Notes: generated by a model not told the origin, from the letters alone. Positions 25,785 to 35,055 are shown, counted from the first letter of the stretch. The stretch: 64,000 nt of DNA from Acidimicrobiales bacterium (GCA_035525365.1 DATLEK010000092.1:4641-68640), one strand, 5' to 3'. Made by a program: numbers and translations.

Positions 25785-26659
25785 CCCTCCCCCACCTGAA
25801 CGACGAGCAGTTGTCGGCCCACCTGGATGGTGAGGATCACGACGCGACGGGCCATCTCGGCTCCTGCGGGGAGTGCGAAGGGCGGCTGGCCAGCCTGCTC
25901 CTCGTCTCCTCTCTGGTGGGCGGCGCTGTACCCGATGCACCTGACGATGCCCGTGAAGCGGCCGTGCAAGCTGCCCGCAAGGCATGGGAGGCGGTTGATC
26001 GGAGTGAGGGCGAGAGTGACAGGGCTGAAGAGGCTGAAGTCACTTCCTTGGAGCGCAGGCGGCGGGTACCACGGTGGGTCCTTCCCATCGCCGCGGCGGC
26101 AGCCGCACTGCTCATCGCTGTACCTGTGGTGCAGACGCTCCGTGACGACGAAGGCGCCGGGCAATCGGCAGTCCCGCTCGAAGATCGGGGCGCCGCTGGT
26201 GGACCAGACGCCGAATCGACAGGAGTCGACGGTGGTGACCTTGGCGAGCAGTCGGATCCCGCCGGTCTCGCCCGGGCCATTCGTGGCGCGCTCCCCGGAG
26301 CCGCCAGCGAGGCCGCGCTCGCCGCTCCCGCACCTCCTGTCGCCGGAGGTACCACCGCCACCGGGGAGCGCGACACCTCGGGCCCCCCGACTTCGGCCGC
26401 CATGCAGGCTGAACCGTATTCGCCGAACGCCGTGACCAAAACGGGGCGGTTCGGTGAGCGACCTTGCGCCGACGTCGTGCGCACCAGCTACGGCCAGGGA
26501 CTCGGGCCGCTGGTCTACACCGCCCTGGTTAGCTGGCAGGGGACACCGGCCGTGGTTCTCGCCTACCGCCTGGCCGATGCAGGAGCACCCGGTCTGGACT
26601 ACCGGGTGTTGGTCATGGCACGACAGGACTGTCGTCTTCTGGTGGGCCAGAGCCTCTGA
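25781..26659 (+). CDS. Membrane-bound ZAS-type anti-sigma factor
   Basis: The ATG overlaps the sigma gene stop. HLGSCGEC matches Hx3Cx2C. Single TM (VLPIAAAAAALLIAVPVV), then an extracytoplasmic domain. Confidence 0.6.
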   Translation: MTLPHLNDEQLSAHLDGEDHDATGHLGSCGECEGRLASLLLVSSLVGGAVPDAPDDAREAAVQAARKAWEAVDRSEGESDRAEEAEVTSLERRRRVPRWVLPIAAAAAALLIAVPVVQTLRDDEGAGQSAVPLEDRGAAGGPDAESTGVDGGDLGEQSDPAGLARAIRGALPGAASEAALAAPAPPVAGGTTATGERDTSGPPTSAAMQAEPYSPNAVTKTGRFGERPCADVVRTSYGQGLGPLVYTALVSWQGTPAVVLAYRLADAGAPGLDYRVLVMARQDCRLLVGQSL

Positions 26660-26987
26660 AACCCTGACGCGGAGCCGCCCAGGCGAAGGAGGTCAGCGCC
26701 CCGAGCCCCGCGCCGACCCAACCTGAGGCGCTGACGAACGACCAGTCGTTCCCCGAGGAGATACGCAGAGCCCAGACCATGCCGGCGCTGACGACCAACG
26801 CGCAGGAGATCCCGAGGGCGCGGCTTCGGCAGCCGGCGGCGACCACCGCCAGCTCCCCGATCACGATGGCGAGCATGATCCCGGCCACCAGGGGAGTCAC
26901 TCCCCTCAGGTCGTACTCACCGAGGATCACTGCGGCCAGCGCGCCCGCAGCGGCGGCCAACAGGACAGCGAGCGAGAGCCGCATCAC
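26613..26987 (-). CDS. Hypothetical integral membrane protein
   Basis: 124-aa ORF with four hydrophobic segments. Its 3' end converges on and overlaps the anti-sigma gene. Confidence 0.4.
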   Translation of the reverse strand: MMRLSLAVLLAAAAGALAAVILGEYDLRGVTPLVAGIMLAIVIGELAVVAAGCRSRALGISCALVVSAGMVWALRISSGNDWSFVSASGWVGAGLGALTSFAWAAPRQGFRGSGPPEDDSPVVP

Positions 26988-27010
26988 CCCGTCGACGCTA
27001 CTGTTCAGTT

Positions 27011-27358
27011 GTGCCGCAGCCGGGAGAGCCTCGTTTTCCCGCGGTCGGCGAGGGGCCCGATTGGACCGTGCAGGCGGCCGACACCGTCGAACGGCTGGTC
27101 GGAGGACTTCGCGACAAGACCGCCGTTCCCCTCACCACAGTGGCGCGGGCTCTGGTGTACGGCCTCCTGGCGGCCATCATGGCCGCTGCGACACTGGTCC
27201 TCGTCATCATCGGGGTGGTCCGCGCCGTCGACGTATATCTTCCTGGCGAGGTGTGGTCCGCGCACCTGCTCGTGGGCGGAATCTTCACCGTGCTGGGCGG
27301 GTTGTTGCTCCGCAAGGCCAGTGCCGACAGGAAGGTGACCAATGACGGACGCCAATGA
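27011..27358 (+). CDS. Hypothetical membrane protein upstream of trxB
   Basis: 115 aa with two hydrophobic helices ([39 protein letters not shown]). Its 3' end overlaps the trxB start and contains a promoter-like motif. Confidence 0.4.
   Translation: MPQPGEPRFPAVGEGPDWTVQAADTVERLVGGLRDKTAVPLTTVARALVYGLLAAIMAAATLVLVIIGVVRAVDVYLPGEVWSAHLLVGGIFTVLGGLLLRKASADRKVTNDGRQ
27278..27303 (+). promoter_or_regulatory. SigR/SigH-type ECF promoter candidate for trxB-trxA
   Basis: GGAAT (27278-27282), exactly 18 nt, then GTT (27301-27303), about 40 nt upstream of the trxB ATG. This matches the published GGAAT-N18-GTT consensus of thiol-stress ECF sigma promoters. Confidence 0.4.
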
Positions 27359-28334
27359 CATCCGAGACATCGTCGTCGTCGGTTCCGGGCCCGCCGGCCT
27401 GACCGCCGCCATCTACACGGCTCGGGCCAGCCTCCGCCCGTTGGTCATCGAGGGTGAGGCCTCGTCGAGCAGCGACCAGCCCGGCGGCCAGCTCATGCTC
27501 ACCACTGAAGTGGAGAACTATCCCGGTTTCGTCGACGGCATCATGGGCCCGGAGTTGATGGGCAACTTCCGTGCCCAGGCCGCCCGCTTCGGCGCCGACT
27601 TCCTCACCGCCAAGGCCACCCGCGTCGACCTCACTTCCCGCCCGTTCGGGGTCTGGGTGGGCGAAGAGGAGTACCGAGCCCGGGCCGTCATCGTCAGTAC
27701 CGGCGCCAGGGCCCTGATGCTGGACCTGCCCAACGAGCAGCGCCTTCTCGGTCACGGTGTCTCCACCTGCGCCACCTGCGACGGCTTCTTCTTCCGGGAC
27801 CAGCCCATCGCCGTGGTCGGTGGAGGAGACTCTGCCCTGGAAGAGGCCATCTTCCTCACCAAGTTCGCCAGCAAGGTCACCCTGATCCATCGGCGCAAGG
27901 AACTGCGGGCGTCCAAGATCATGCAGGAGCGCGCCTTCAAGAACGACAAGATCGAGTTCCTGTGGGACTCCACCGTGGTCGACGTGGTGGGCGAGTCCTC
28001 GGTCAAGGCCCTACGGGTCCTCAACGTGGTCACCGAAGAGGAATCCGAGCTTCCCATGAGCGGCCTGTTCGTGGCCATCGGCCACGTGCCCAACACCGAT
28101 CTGTTCAAGGGCCAGTTGGACATGGCGGACAATGGGTATCTCATCACCCAACCAGGCAGCACGCGGACCAACGTCGAGGGTGTTTTCGCCAGCGGTGATG
28201 TACAGGACCACGTGTACCGCCAGGCGGTGACGGCCGCCGGTTCGGGCTGCATGGCCGCAATCGATGCCGAGCGCTGGCTCGAGACCCAGCAGGATGCAGC
28301 CCCCAACATGGTCCAGACACCCAGGAACTGGTAA
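27342..28334 (+). CDS. trxB: Thioredoxin-disulfide reductase
   Basis: FAD motif [15 protein letters not shown], redox CATCDG, NADPH motif [12 protein letters not shown]. Confidence 0.95.
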   Translation: MTDANDIRDIVVVGSGPAGLTAAIYTARASLRPLVIEGEASSSSDQPGGQLMLTTEVENYPGFVDGIMGPELMGNFRAQAARFGADFLTAKATRVDLTSRPFGVWVGEEEYRARAVIVSTGARALMLDLPNEQRLLGHGVSTCATCDGFFFRDQPIAVVGGGDSALEEAIFLTKFASKVTLIHRRKELRASKIMQERAFKNDKIEFLWDSTVVDVVGESSVKALRVLNVVTEEESELPMSGLFVAIGHVPNTDLFKGQLDMADNGYLITQPGSTRTNVEGVFASGDVQDHVYRQAVTAAGSGCMAAIDAERWLETQQDAAPNMVQTPRNW

Positions 28335-28345
28335 GGAGACTTTTC

Positions 28346-28672
28346 GTGAGCGCCAACATCGCAACCCTGACCGATGCCACCTTCGATGAACAGATCGCCA
28401 GCGGCGATGAGCCCGTACTGGTGGACTTCTGGGCGGAATGGTGCGGGCCCTGCAAGGCCATCACTCCCATTCTGGAGGAGATCGCCGGCGAGCGGGCGGG
28501 CAAGATCCGCATCGCCAAGGTCGACGTGGACGCCAACCTCGAGATCGCCCGCCGGTTCGAGGTGATGAGCATCCCGACGCTCATCCTGTTCAAGGACGGC
28601 GCGCCGCAGCTGAGGCTCGTGGGTGCCAAGGGCAAGGGGCAACTGCTCCAGGAGATCGACGCATTCCTGTAG
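28346..28672 (+). CDS. trxA: Thioredoxin
   Basis: VLVDFWAEWCGPCK active site; 108 aa. Confidence 0.95.
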   Translation: MSANIATLTDATFDEQIASGDEPVLVDFWAEWCGPCKAITPILEEIAGERAGKIRIAKVDVDANLEIARRFEVMSIPTLILFKDGAPQLRLVGAKGKGQLLQEIDAFL

Positions 28673-28689
28673 CAAACCGGCCTGGCCCC

Positions 28690-29673
28690 CTACCCCTCCG
28701 CCAGGGCGATTGTGGCAAAGCGGTCCGGGACCTCCAGCAGCGCCTGGCCCGGCTCGGCTGTCCCACTGCCGGCCATGAGATCTGCGGAGACGTCTTCCAG
28801 GAAAGTACCGCTCTGGCCGTCAAGTCGTTCCAGGAGGCACGCGGATTGCGGGTCGACGGAGTCTGCGGACCCCAGACGTGGGCGGCGCTAGTCGAAGCCG
28901 GCTACCGGTTGGGCAACCGCCTGCTGTACCTCCGCGAGCCGATGTTGCGGGGTGACGACGTAGCCCTCCTTCAGCGCCGCCTCGGAGGTCTTGGCTTCGA
29001 CGCCGGCCGGGTCGACGCCATTTTCGGTCCACGGACCAAGAGCGCCGTCGACGAGTTCCAGCGCAACGCCGGCCTCACCGTCGATGGTGTGTGTGGTCCT
29101 GCCACCTTGTCGATGCTCGACCGTCTGGGCCCTGGCGGAGCCCAGCGGGAGCCGGTGGCCGTCGTTCGCGAGTTGGAACTGCTCCGGCACGCCCCGCGCA
29201 CCCTTCACGGCCGCCGCATAGCGGTCGGTGACGCCGGCGGCCTCCACGCCGCCGCCGCCGCCGCTGCCCGAGCGTTGGCGACTGCCGGCGCTGAGGTCGT
29301 GGTCGTCCAACACCCGGACCAGTCCGAACAAGCGGCTGAGGCCAATGCCGCTCTAGTCGACGTCTACGTCGGTCTTCGCCTCGATATCGATGCGCTCGGG
29401 TGCACGAGCGCCTATTACGCCGGCCACGAATACGTGTCGCCCGCCGGCCGGGGCCTGGCTCTCCTTGTGCAGGCCATTCTTCCGGAGACCCTTGGCATTG
29501 CCGATACGGGGGTCAGAGGTATGGCCCTTCCCGTCCTGAGGGAGACGCGGATGCCCGCCGTCGTCTGTGAGATGGGGCCGCCATCCACTGTGGTCGCCAG
29601 AACCGCGGAACTGGCCGACGGCTTGGCCCGCGCCCTCAGTGCCTGGGCCACTGCCCCGTTCGTGGAAGCCTGA
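28690..29673 (+). CDS. cwlM: CwlM-like protein: two PG-binding domains plus amidase_3 domain (start unresolved)
   Basis: Two PG_binding_1 repeats (AVKSFQEARGLRVDGVCGPQTWAAL; AVDEFQRNAGLTVDGVCGPATLSML), then an N-acetylmuramoyl-L-alanine amidase-like domain (...VYVGLRLD...MPAVVCEMG). Same position after trxA as Rv3915. There is no ATG, GTG or TTG between the trxA stop and the first domain. Confidence 0.75.
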   Translation, partial: LPLRQGDCGKAVRDLQQRLARLGCPTAGHEICGDVFQESTALAVKSFQEARGLRVDGVCGPQTWAALVEAGYRLGNRLLYLREPMLRGDDVALLQRRLGGLGFDAGRVDAIFGPRTKSAVDEFQRNAGLTVDGVCGPATLSMLDRLGPGGAQREPVAVVRELELLRHAPRTLHGRRIAVGDAGGLHAAAAAAARALATAGAEVVVVQHPDQSEQAAEANAALVDVYVGLRLDIDALGCTSAYYAGHEYVSPAGRGLALLVQAILPETLGIADTGVRGMALPVLRETRMPAVVCEMGPPSTVVARTAELADGLARALSAWATAPFVEA

Positions 29674-29691
29674 CCTCCAGCTGTACACAGG

Positions 29692-29713
29692 CTCATCCCC
29701 ACCTGTGGATGAG
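29692..29713. terminator. Small hairpin between convergent cwlM and parB
   Basis: CTCATCC-CCACCTGT-GGATGAG: 7-bp stem, 8-nt loop. Confidence 0.3.
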
Positions 29714-29762
29714 AGTCAGAGGCCTCATTCTCGACCGTTTCACGCCTGGCAGGGTGGCGCAG

Positions 29763-30680
29763 CTATGGCTTGGGCTGAGGCTCTGTCATCACCCGGTAGA
29801 TCCGCTCGAGGTCCTCCAGTGACCCGAACTCGATGACCACTCGACCCTTTTTCGTCCCCATCTCCACCTTCACCCGCGTGTCGAGGTGGTTCGACAGGAG
29901 CTCTTCGAGCTCCAACAGGCCAGGAGGTCGGAGGCGTCGAGCGGCTTTGGCCGGTGGCGTACCGGTCCCCCCCGGCTCCTGGTCTTCCCCGGCCCGGTTC
30001 CGGGCCCGCACCGCCTCCTCCACCGCCCGGACGGAGAGCCCGTTGGTGACAGCCCTCTTGGCCAGGGCTTCCTGGAGGGCCCGATCAGGTGTGCCCAGCA
30101 GCGCCCGAGCGTGGCCCTCGGCCAGCTGGCCCTCGGCCACCAGGCGCTGGATCGCCGGCGGGAGTTGAAAGAGGCGCAGGGTGTTGGTGACCGCGGCCCG
30201 GCTCTTGCCCACTCGTCGGGCCAACTCGTCGTGGGTGAGGTGGAAATCCTCTATGAGCTGGTTGAATGCCGCTGCCTCTTCCAGTGGGTTGAGGTCCTGG
30301 CGATGGAGGTTCTCCACCAGCGCCTGCTCCAGGCTGGCATCGTCGCCCACCTCTTTGACCAACGCCGGCATGGTCTGTAGGCCGGCCCGTTTGGCCGCAC
30401 GCCACCGCCGCTCGCCGGCGATCAGCTCGTAAATGCCGTTCTGAGCTCCCGGACGAACCAGTACCGGCTGAAGTACTCCCAACTCACGGATGGACGCGGT
30501 CAGCGAGGCCAGCCGCTCCTCCTCGAAGTGGCGCCGTGGCTGGAAGGAACTGGCAACTATGCTCGATATCGGCACCTCCACCAGCGCCGATCCACGCTCC
30601 CCCCTGGCCGATCCCCCTTCGGCCGATCCGGGAGGGATCAGTGCCGAGAGACCCTTACCTAACCCGCTGCGGCGCGCCAC
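29763..30680 (-). CDS. parB: Chromosome partitioning protein ParB
   Basis: RSGLGKGLSALIP, ...QPRR.F, GVLQPVLVR...YELIAGERRWRAA, and an HTH segment. Confidence 0.95.
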   Translation of the reverse strand: MARRSGLGKGLSALIPPGSAEGGSARGERGSALVEVPISSIVASSFQPRRHFEEERLASLTASIRELGVLQPVLVRPGAQNGIYELIAGERRWRAAKRAGLQTMPALVKEVGDDASLEQALVENLHRQDLNPLEEAAAFNQLIEDFHLTHDELARRVGKSRAAVTNTLRLFQLPPAIQRLVAEGQLAEGHARALLGTPDRALQEALAKRAVTNGLSVRAVEEAVRARNRAGEDQEPGGTGTPPAKAARRLRPPGLLELEELLSNHLDTRVKVEMGTKKGRVVIEFGSLEDLERIYRVMTEPQPKP

Positions 30681-31968
30681 CGCTCACCTCCTTGGCCAGT
30701 TCCCGATAGGCAATGGCGCCGCGGGAAGTCGGGTCGAACACAACGATCGGCTGGCCGAAGGACGGGGCCTCTGACAGTCGGACGGTACGGGGAACGATGT
30801 TGCGGCAGACCTTGGTACCGAAGTGTGTTCGTACCTCAGTTGCCACCTGGTCCGAAAGCTTCGTCCGAGCGTCGTACATGGTCAAGATGATGGTGGTCAT
30901 CTCCAGCCGCGGATTGAGGTTCGTCTGCACCAGGCCGACGTTGCGGAGGAGCTGTCCCAGACCCTCCAGGGCGTAGTACTCGCACTGGATCGGTACCACG
31001 ACCTCGGTAGCTGCGGCCAGCCCATTGACCGTGATCAGGCCGAGGGACGGGGGGCAGTCGATGAGGAAGAAGTCGAAATCGTCTATTACCTGCTCGATGG
31101 CCCGTCGGAGTTTCAACTCCCGACTGAAGGCGGGGACCAGCTCTATCTCAGCACCGGCGAGGTCGATTGTCGCCGGGCAGACGAAGAGGTTGCGGACGCT
31201 GGTCGGCTCGATGCAGTCATCCAGAGGGATGTCTCGGAGCAGGACATCGTAGATCGACGTCTCGAGGTTGCGGGGGTTGATGCCCAATCCAGTGGTGGCG
31301 TTTCCCTGCGGGTCGAGGTCCACCACGAGAACCCGGTAGCTCATCTCAGCCAGCGCCGCCCCAAGGTTGACGGCCGTGGTTGTCTTGCCCACACCTCCCT
31401 TCTGATTGGCAATGGCCATGATCCTGGGAAGATCTGGCGGTGGAGGCCGCGAGGGCCGAGCCGGCGTGACCGGTTCCTCCAGCCCCTCCTGGGGTGCCAG
31501 TGCCTGGCGAAGTTGGGCCACTTGGGCGTCAGGTTCCGGAGGAGTGGATAACGCCGGGGTGGCCAGCTCCGGCTCGACGACATCAGGAATGGAGGTAGCC
31601 GGCCAACTGGGCGGCGCTGGCGCCTGGTCTGTCTGTCGTTCCACGTGCAACATGTTTGAATCAGCCAACGGTTGCAGAGATACGCCTGTGCCCGACCCTG
31701 TATCAGCTTCAAGCATACTTTCGCCGGCGGGGCCGGTGAGCGGTGCAGCGGCGTCCGGCAACGTCTCGTCCACAACATGATCCCTGCCCAGATTTTTTCT
31801 TGGTTCCATTATCGGATCGGTCTGGGTTGCATCCCGCTCCACGACAGCTGCGGGTTCAGCCGGCGGCTCAGATAGCAGATCCGGCTGCCGATCCGTGACC
31901 AAGGCGTCGGCCCGTAGACGGTCGAAGATGGCCCGGCCACGCTCGCCCAGTTCCTCGTCCGCTGTCAC
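30655..31968 (-). CDS. parA: Chromosome partitioning ATPase ParA/Soj with long N-terminal extension (start uncertain)
   Basis: Deviant Walker A IANQKGGVGKTTTAVNLG about 190 aa into the ORF. The preceding sequence is acidic/Pro-rich and low complexity. Confidence 0.9.
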   Translation of the reverse strand: MTADEELGERGRAIFDRLRADALVTDRQPDLLSEPPAEPAAVVERDATQTDPIMEPRKNLGRDHVVDETLPDAAAPLTGPAGESMLEADTGSGTGVSLQPLADSNMLHVERQTDQAPAPPSWPATSIPDVVEPELATPALSTPPEPDAQVAQLRQALAPQEGLEEPVTPARPSRPPPPDLPRIMAIANQKGGVGKTTTAVNLGAALAEMSYRVLVVDLDPQGNATTGLGINPRNLETSIYDVLLRDIPLDDCIEPTSVRNLFVCPATIDLAGAEIELVPAFSRELKLRRAIEQVIDDFDFFLIDCPPSLGLITVNGLAAATEVVVPIQCEYYALEGLGQLLRNVGLVQTNLNPRLEMTTIILTMYDARTKLSDQVATEVRTHFGTKVCRNIVPRTVRLSEAPSFGQPIVVFDPTSRGAIAYRELAKEVSGGAPQRVR

Positions 31969-32030
31969 CTGTGCACCCTTGCACGCCTCAGCGCCTAGGT
32001 CAAGGACCTACCCCGATGCACGACCTGAAT

Positions 32031-32046
32031 GATCCACGTGGAACAA
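32031..32046. promoter_or_regulatory. parS-like site upstream of parA
   Basis: TGATCCACGTGGAACA matches the parS consensus TGTTTCACGTGAAACA at 13 of 16 positions. It is near-palindromic, one mismatch from TGTTCCAC|GTGGAACA. Confidence 0.4.
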
Positions 32047-32073
32047 TCACCCTTGAAACAGCGTGAGGCGACC

Positions 32074-32694
32074 TCAGGACGAGAAGAGAGGCCGTTTCTC
32101 GGGGATCCCCGCCCGTCTGGGGAACTCCTCCGGGCAGAGGGTCTCCTGCCGCAGCACCTGGAACCGACAGAAGGCTTGTTCGAAGCGGCCCGCCGGTCGA
32201 AGCCCAAGGGGCTCGAGCCTAGAGGCCGGCCAGCGAGAGCCGCCCTCCTCGGGTGGCTCGGACACGATCAGGCGTCCACCCACCTCGAGCAGTGGGGCGG
32301 CACATTCGGCCGTCACCGCTGGTGCACCGAAACTTCGGGCCACCACCAGGTTCGCCCTGGCCCGCCAGTCCGGGTCCCGTCCTGCTTCCTCGGCCCGGGC
32401 CCGCGCCACCACTACGTGCGATGCAACACCCAGATCGATCGTTGCCTGAGCCAGGAACAACGTCCGTCGCTCACTGCTGTCGAGGAGCACGATCGGGACC
32501 GACGGCCAGGCCAGCGCCAAAACCAGTCCAGGGAGGCCCGCCCCGCTGCCAAGGTCAATCACCCTACTGGGCATTTCCGAACCCACTGCCTGCAGGAAGC
32601 CCTTCGCGTGCTCGATGTGACCTTCCACCGGGCCCGGGCCCAGGAATCCCAAAGTCCGGGCCTCCTCAAGGACGGCCTCGAGGCACAGTGGCAC
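32074..32694 (-). CDS. rsmG: 16S rRNA (guanine527-N7)-methyltransferase
   Basis: VIDLGSGAGLPGLVLA SAM motif. Conserved position between jag and parA. Confidence 0.9.
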   Translation of the reverse strand: MPLCLEAVLEEARTLGFLGPGPVEGHIEHAKGFLQAVGSEMPSRVIDLGSGAGLPGLVLALAWPSVPIVLLDSSERRTLFLAQATIDLGVASHVVVARARAEEAGRDPDWRARANLVVARSFGAPAVTAECAAPLLEVGGRLIVSEPPEEGGSRWPASRLEPLGLRPAGRFEQAFCRFQVLRQETLCPEEFPRRAGIPEKRPLFSS

Positions 32695-32703
32695 CTTGGG
32701 GGG

Positions 32704-33546
32704 CTACGCCGGTTCGATGACGACGCGCCGGCGGGGTTCCTCGCCCTCCGATGCCGTCATCACGCCCTCAATGGTGTTGACCGTGTCATGAACGACCTTG
32801 CGATCAGCGGGCTGCATCGGCTCGAGGATCTTGCGCTGACCTGTCTCAACGACCTGGCTGGCGATCTGGCGGGTGAAGCGTTCCAGCGCGGAGCGCCGTT
32901 TTTCCCTGTATCCACCGACATCGACCATGATGCGCCCGTTGCGGCTGCCCGTACTGCGCTGTACCGCGGTACGGGTGAGATCCTGGACGGCGGCGAGGGT
33001 GGCGCCATTGGGCCCTATGAGTAGACCCAGTTGGTCCCCGAGCACAGCCACCTCGACCGTGTTCTCATCGATCTCCCGTACCTCAACCTTGTCGGATGCA
33101 CCACCGATCGCCGCTACAAGGCCCCCGAGGAACGCAGAGGCCGCCTCGGCCTGCTGCGTCAGTGTCACATCGTTGTCCATCTCTCCTCCTTGGCGTCGGC
33201 CCGATGGCGCATGGGCCTTGCGGGGGTGTTGGTTTCGGGGCTGTGGCAACGGTCTAGCCGCCGGCTTAGCTGGTGAAACAGGCGAAGGAGTCTCGCTCGA
33301 CGCCGCAGAAGACGCTTCTGCCCCGCTGGGACGGCGACGCTGTTGACGACGGTCGTCCTTGGCCGGCGGACTGTTCGGACGGACCCGCGCCCGGACCCGC
33401 GCCTCGGACCGTACCCGGCCGAACAAGCCAAGCTTGGGCTCCTCGATTATCTCGAACTCGGCATCCAGTTCGTCCACCCCAAGCTGGTCGAGAGCGGCAT
33501 CCTGTGCTTCCTCGAGGGTGCGTCCCGTCGTCTCAACCCACTCCAT
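32704..33546 (-). CDS. jag: Jag/KhpB-family RNA-binding protein (Jag_N, KH, R3H)
   Basis: MEWVETTGRTLEEAQDAALDQLGV N-domain, basic linker, and C-terminal KH/R3H segment (...LEPMQPADRKVVHDTV). The start overlaps the yidC stop by 1 nt. Confidence 0.85.
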   Translation of the reverse strand: MEWVETTGRTLEEAQDAALDQLGVDELDAEFEIIEEPKLGLFGRVRSEARVRARVRPNSPPAKDDRRQQRRRPSGAEASSAASSETPSPVSPAKPAARPLPQPRNQHPRKAHAPSGRRQGGEMDNDVTLTQQAEAASAFLGGLVAAIGGASDKVEVREIDENTVEVAVLGDQLGLLIGPNGATLAAVQDLTRTAVQRSTGSRNGRIMVDVGGYREKRRSALERFTRQIASQVVETGQRKILEPMQPADRKVVHDTVNTIEGVMTASEGEEPRRRVVIEPA

Positions 33547-34496
33547 CAGCGACCTTTCTTTGCTCGACGCTTGGACCGCTGCTTGTTCCTGTTGGCGTTC
33601 CTGGCGGGCGTGGCCGAACCCTTCGGGTTCGTCGCCCTTCCGTTGGCTTGGCCGGGCTTGGCCTTCGGAGAGATCTCCTTTGGCTTGGCCTCGGGCGCCT
33701 TGGCGCCCTTCTGCTTGGCCCGCTTGACCTCGGTGGCCTTGGCCTCGATGTCCTTCACATGCCGCTCAGCATGGGCCTTGAGCGTAGGATCGAAGCGGTA
33801 CATCGCTCCGGTCTGGCATATCCGGAACAGGGCAGAGACGAGGAAATAGATGTTCACGCCGGCAGGGATCGACAAGGAGATGAGGCCGAAGAACCCGGGC
33901 ATGACCTTTAGGAGAATCTGCTGCTGAGGGTTGCTGGTCTGGGTGTTGCGGGCCATCGTCTGGCGTGTCTGGTAGTACTGCGTCAGCACTACAAGCGCAA
34001 CGACGACGAAGAATGGGATAGCCGCCAGGAAGGATCCGTGGCCCTCGCTGGCACTCTTGGCCAGATCGACGCCGAACGACATCATCTTACCGCCTGACTC
34101 ACGGAGCGCCTGGTACAGGTCGGTTCCTTTGTCGAGGTACTTGGGGTCCGGGATCCCCTTCGTCGTTTTGGTCAGACCGCTTATAACGTGGTACATCACG
34201 AAGAAGACCGGCAGCTGCAGAAGCATGGGCAGGCAGCCGGCGGCCGGGTTGATCTTGTGCTCCTTGTAGAGGTTGGTCATCTCCTCGCCAAGCTTCTGGC
34301 GGTCCCCTTTGTGCTGCTGCTGGAGCCGTTTCATTTCCGGCTGCATCTTCTGCATGGCGAGCATGCCCCGGGTGCCCTTCAAGGTCAGCGGCGACAGCAC
34401 CAACATGACCATTATCGTCAATAGGGCGATGGCCACGACGTAGTTGGGGATGATGCTGTAGAAGAATGCCAGTACGCCTGCCAGGAACTGGAACAT
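33546..34496 (-). CDS. yidC: Membrane protein insertase YidC
   Basis: ATG at 34496 (TGATG overlap with the yidD stop). Conserved YidC segments MQKMQPEMKRLQQQHKGDRQKL..EMTNLYKEHKINP..GCLPMLLQLPVF, and a Lys-rich C-terminal tail. Confidence 0.9.
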   Translation of the reverse strand: MFQFLAGVLAFFYSIIPNYVVAIALLTIMVMLVLSPLTLKGTRGMLAMQKMQPEMKRLQQQHKGDRQKLGEEMTNLYKEHKINPAAGCLPMLLQLPVFFVMYHVISGLTKTTKGIPDPKYLDKGTDLYQALRESGGKMMSFGVDLAKSASEGHGSFLAAIPFFVVVALVVLTQYYQTRQTMARNTQTSNPQQQILLKVMPGFFGLISLSIPAGVNIYFLVSALFRICQTGAMYRFDPTLKAHAERHVKDIEAKATEVKRAKQKGAKAPEAKPKEISPKAKPGQANGRATNPKGSATPARNANRNKQRSKRRAKKGR

Positions 34497-34723
34497 CAGG
34501 AAGCCCCTTCCGGTACCGGGTCCACGCCGAAACCACCCCAGGGTTGACAACGGCAGATCCGCCGCGTGACCAACCATCCACCCCGCAGCACTCCATGGCG
34601 CTCAAGTGCTTCGATGGCGTAGCTCGAGCACGACGGCTCGTACCGGCACGGCGAGGTCCGCCCCCGCCCCGCCCACTGGTAGGCGCGGATGGGCAGGCAC
34701 ATCAAGCGGCTGGTCCGACTCAT
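34496..34723 (-). CDS. yidD: Membrane protein insertion efficiency factor YidD
   Basis: IRAYQW......[21 protein letters not shown]...G..L...RI.RC.PW. Confidence 0.85.
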   Translation of the reverse strand: MSRTSRLMCLPIRAYQWAGRGRTSPCRYEPSCSSYAIEALERHGVLRGGWLVTRRICRCQPWGGFGVDPVPEGAS

Positions 34724-35055
34724 GGCGAGAGGGTCCCGGTCAGGTGTTCGATGGCTTCAGCCACAGCGGTTCTCAGTTCTCCAAACGACAATGATGCTGC
34801 TCCGGGAGCAGCTGCTACCAGGTAGGCGCCCGGATGGAGCAGCGGACCGAACTCGCACAGGACTGCCCGCAGCTGGCGACGGAGCCGGTTGCGAACCACG
34901 GCGCCACCCACGGTCCGGCCGATGGCATACGCCACGCGAGGAGGATCGCCGGAAGCGCCGGGCACGAACATTAGCGTGAGCGGGCCCCTCCGTACTCGCC
35001 GGCGGGACCGGCGGAGGGCGGCAAAACTGTCTTTGCCCCGCACCGGCTCTATCAA
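34720..35055 (-). CDS. rnpA: Ribonuclease P protein component
   Basis: ...[21 protein letters not shown]........[28 protein letters not shown] at 35055 overlaps the rpmH stop (TTGA). An alternative GTG lies at 35040. Confidence 0.8.
   Translation of the reverse strand: MIEPVRGKDSFAALRRSRRRVRRGPLTLMFVPGASGDPPRVAYAIGRTVGGAVVRNRLRRQLRAVLCEFGPLLHPGAYLVAAAPGAASLSFGELRTAVAEAIEHLTGTLSP

Noticed and set aside
28600-28672. Programmed -1 frameshift fusing thioredoxin to CwlM as an explanation for the missing cwlM start.
   Set aside because: There is no X XXY YYZ slippery heptamer or obvious downstream stimulatory structure near the trxA 3' end, and no precedent known to me.
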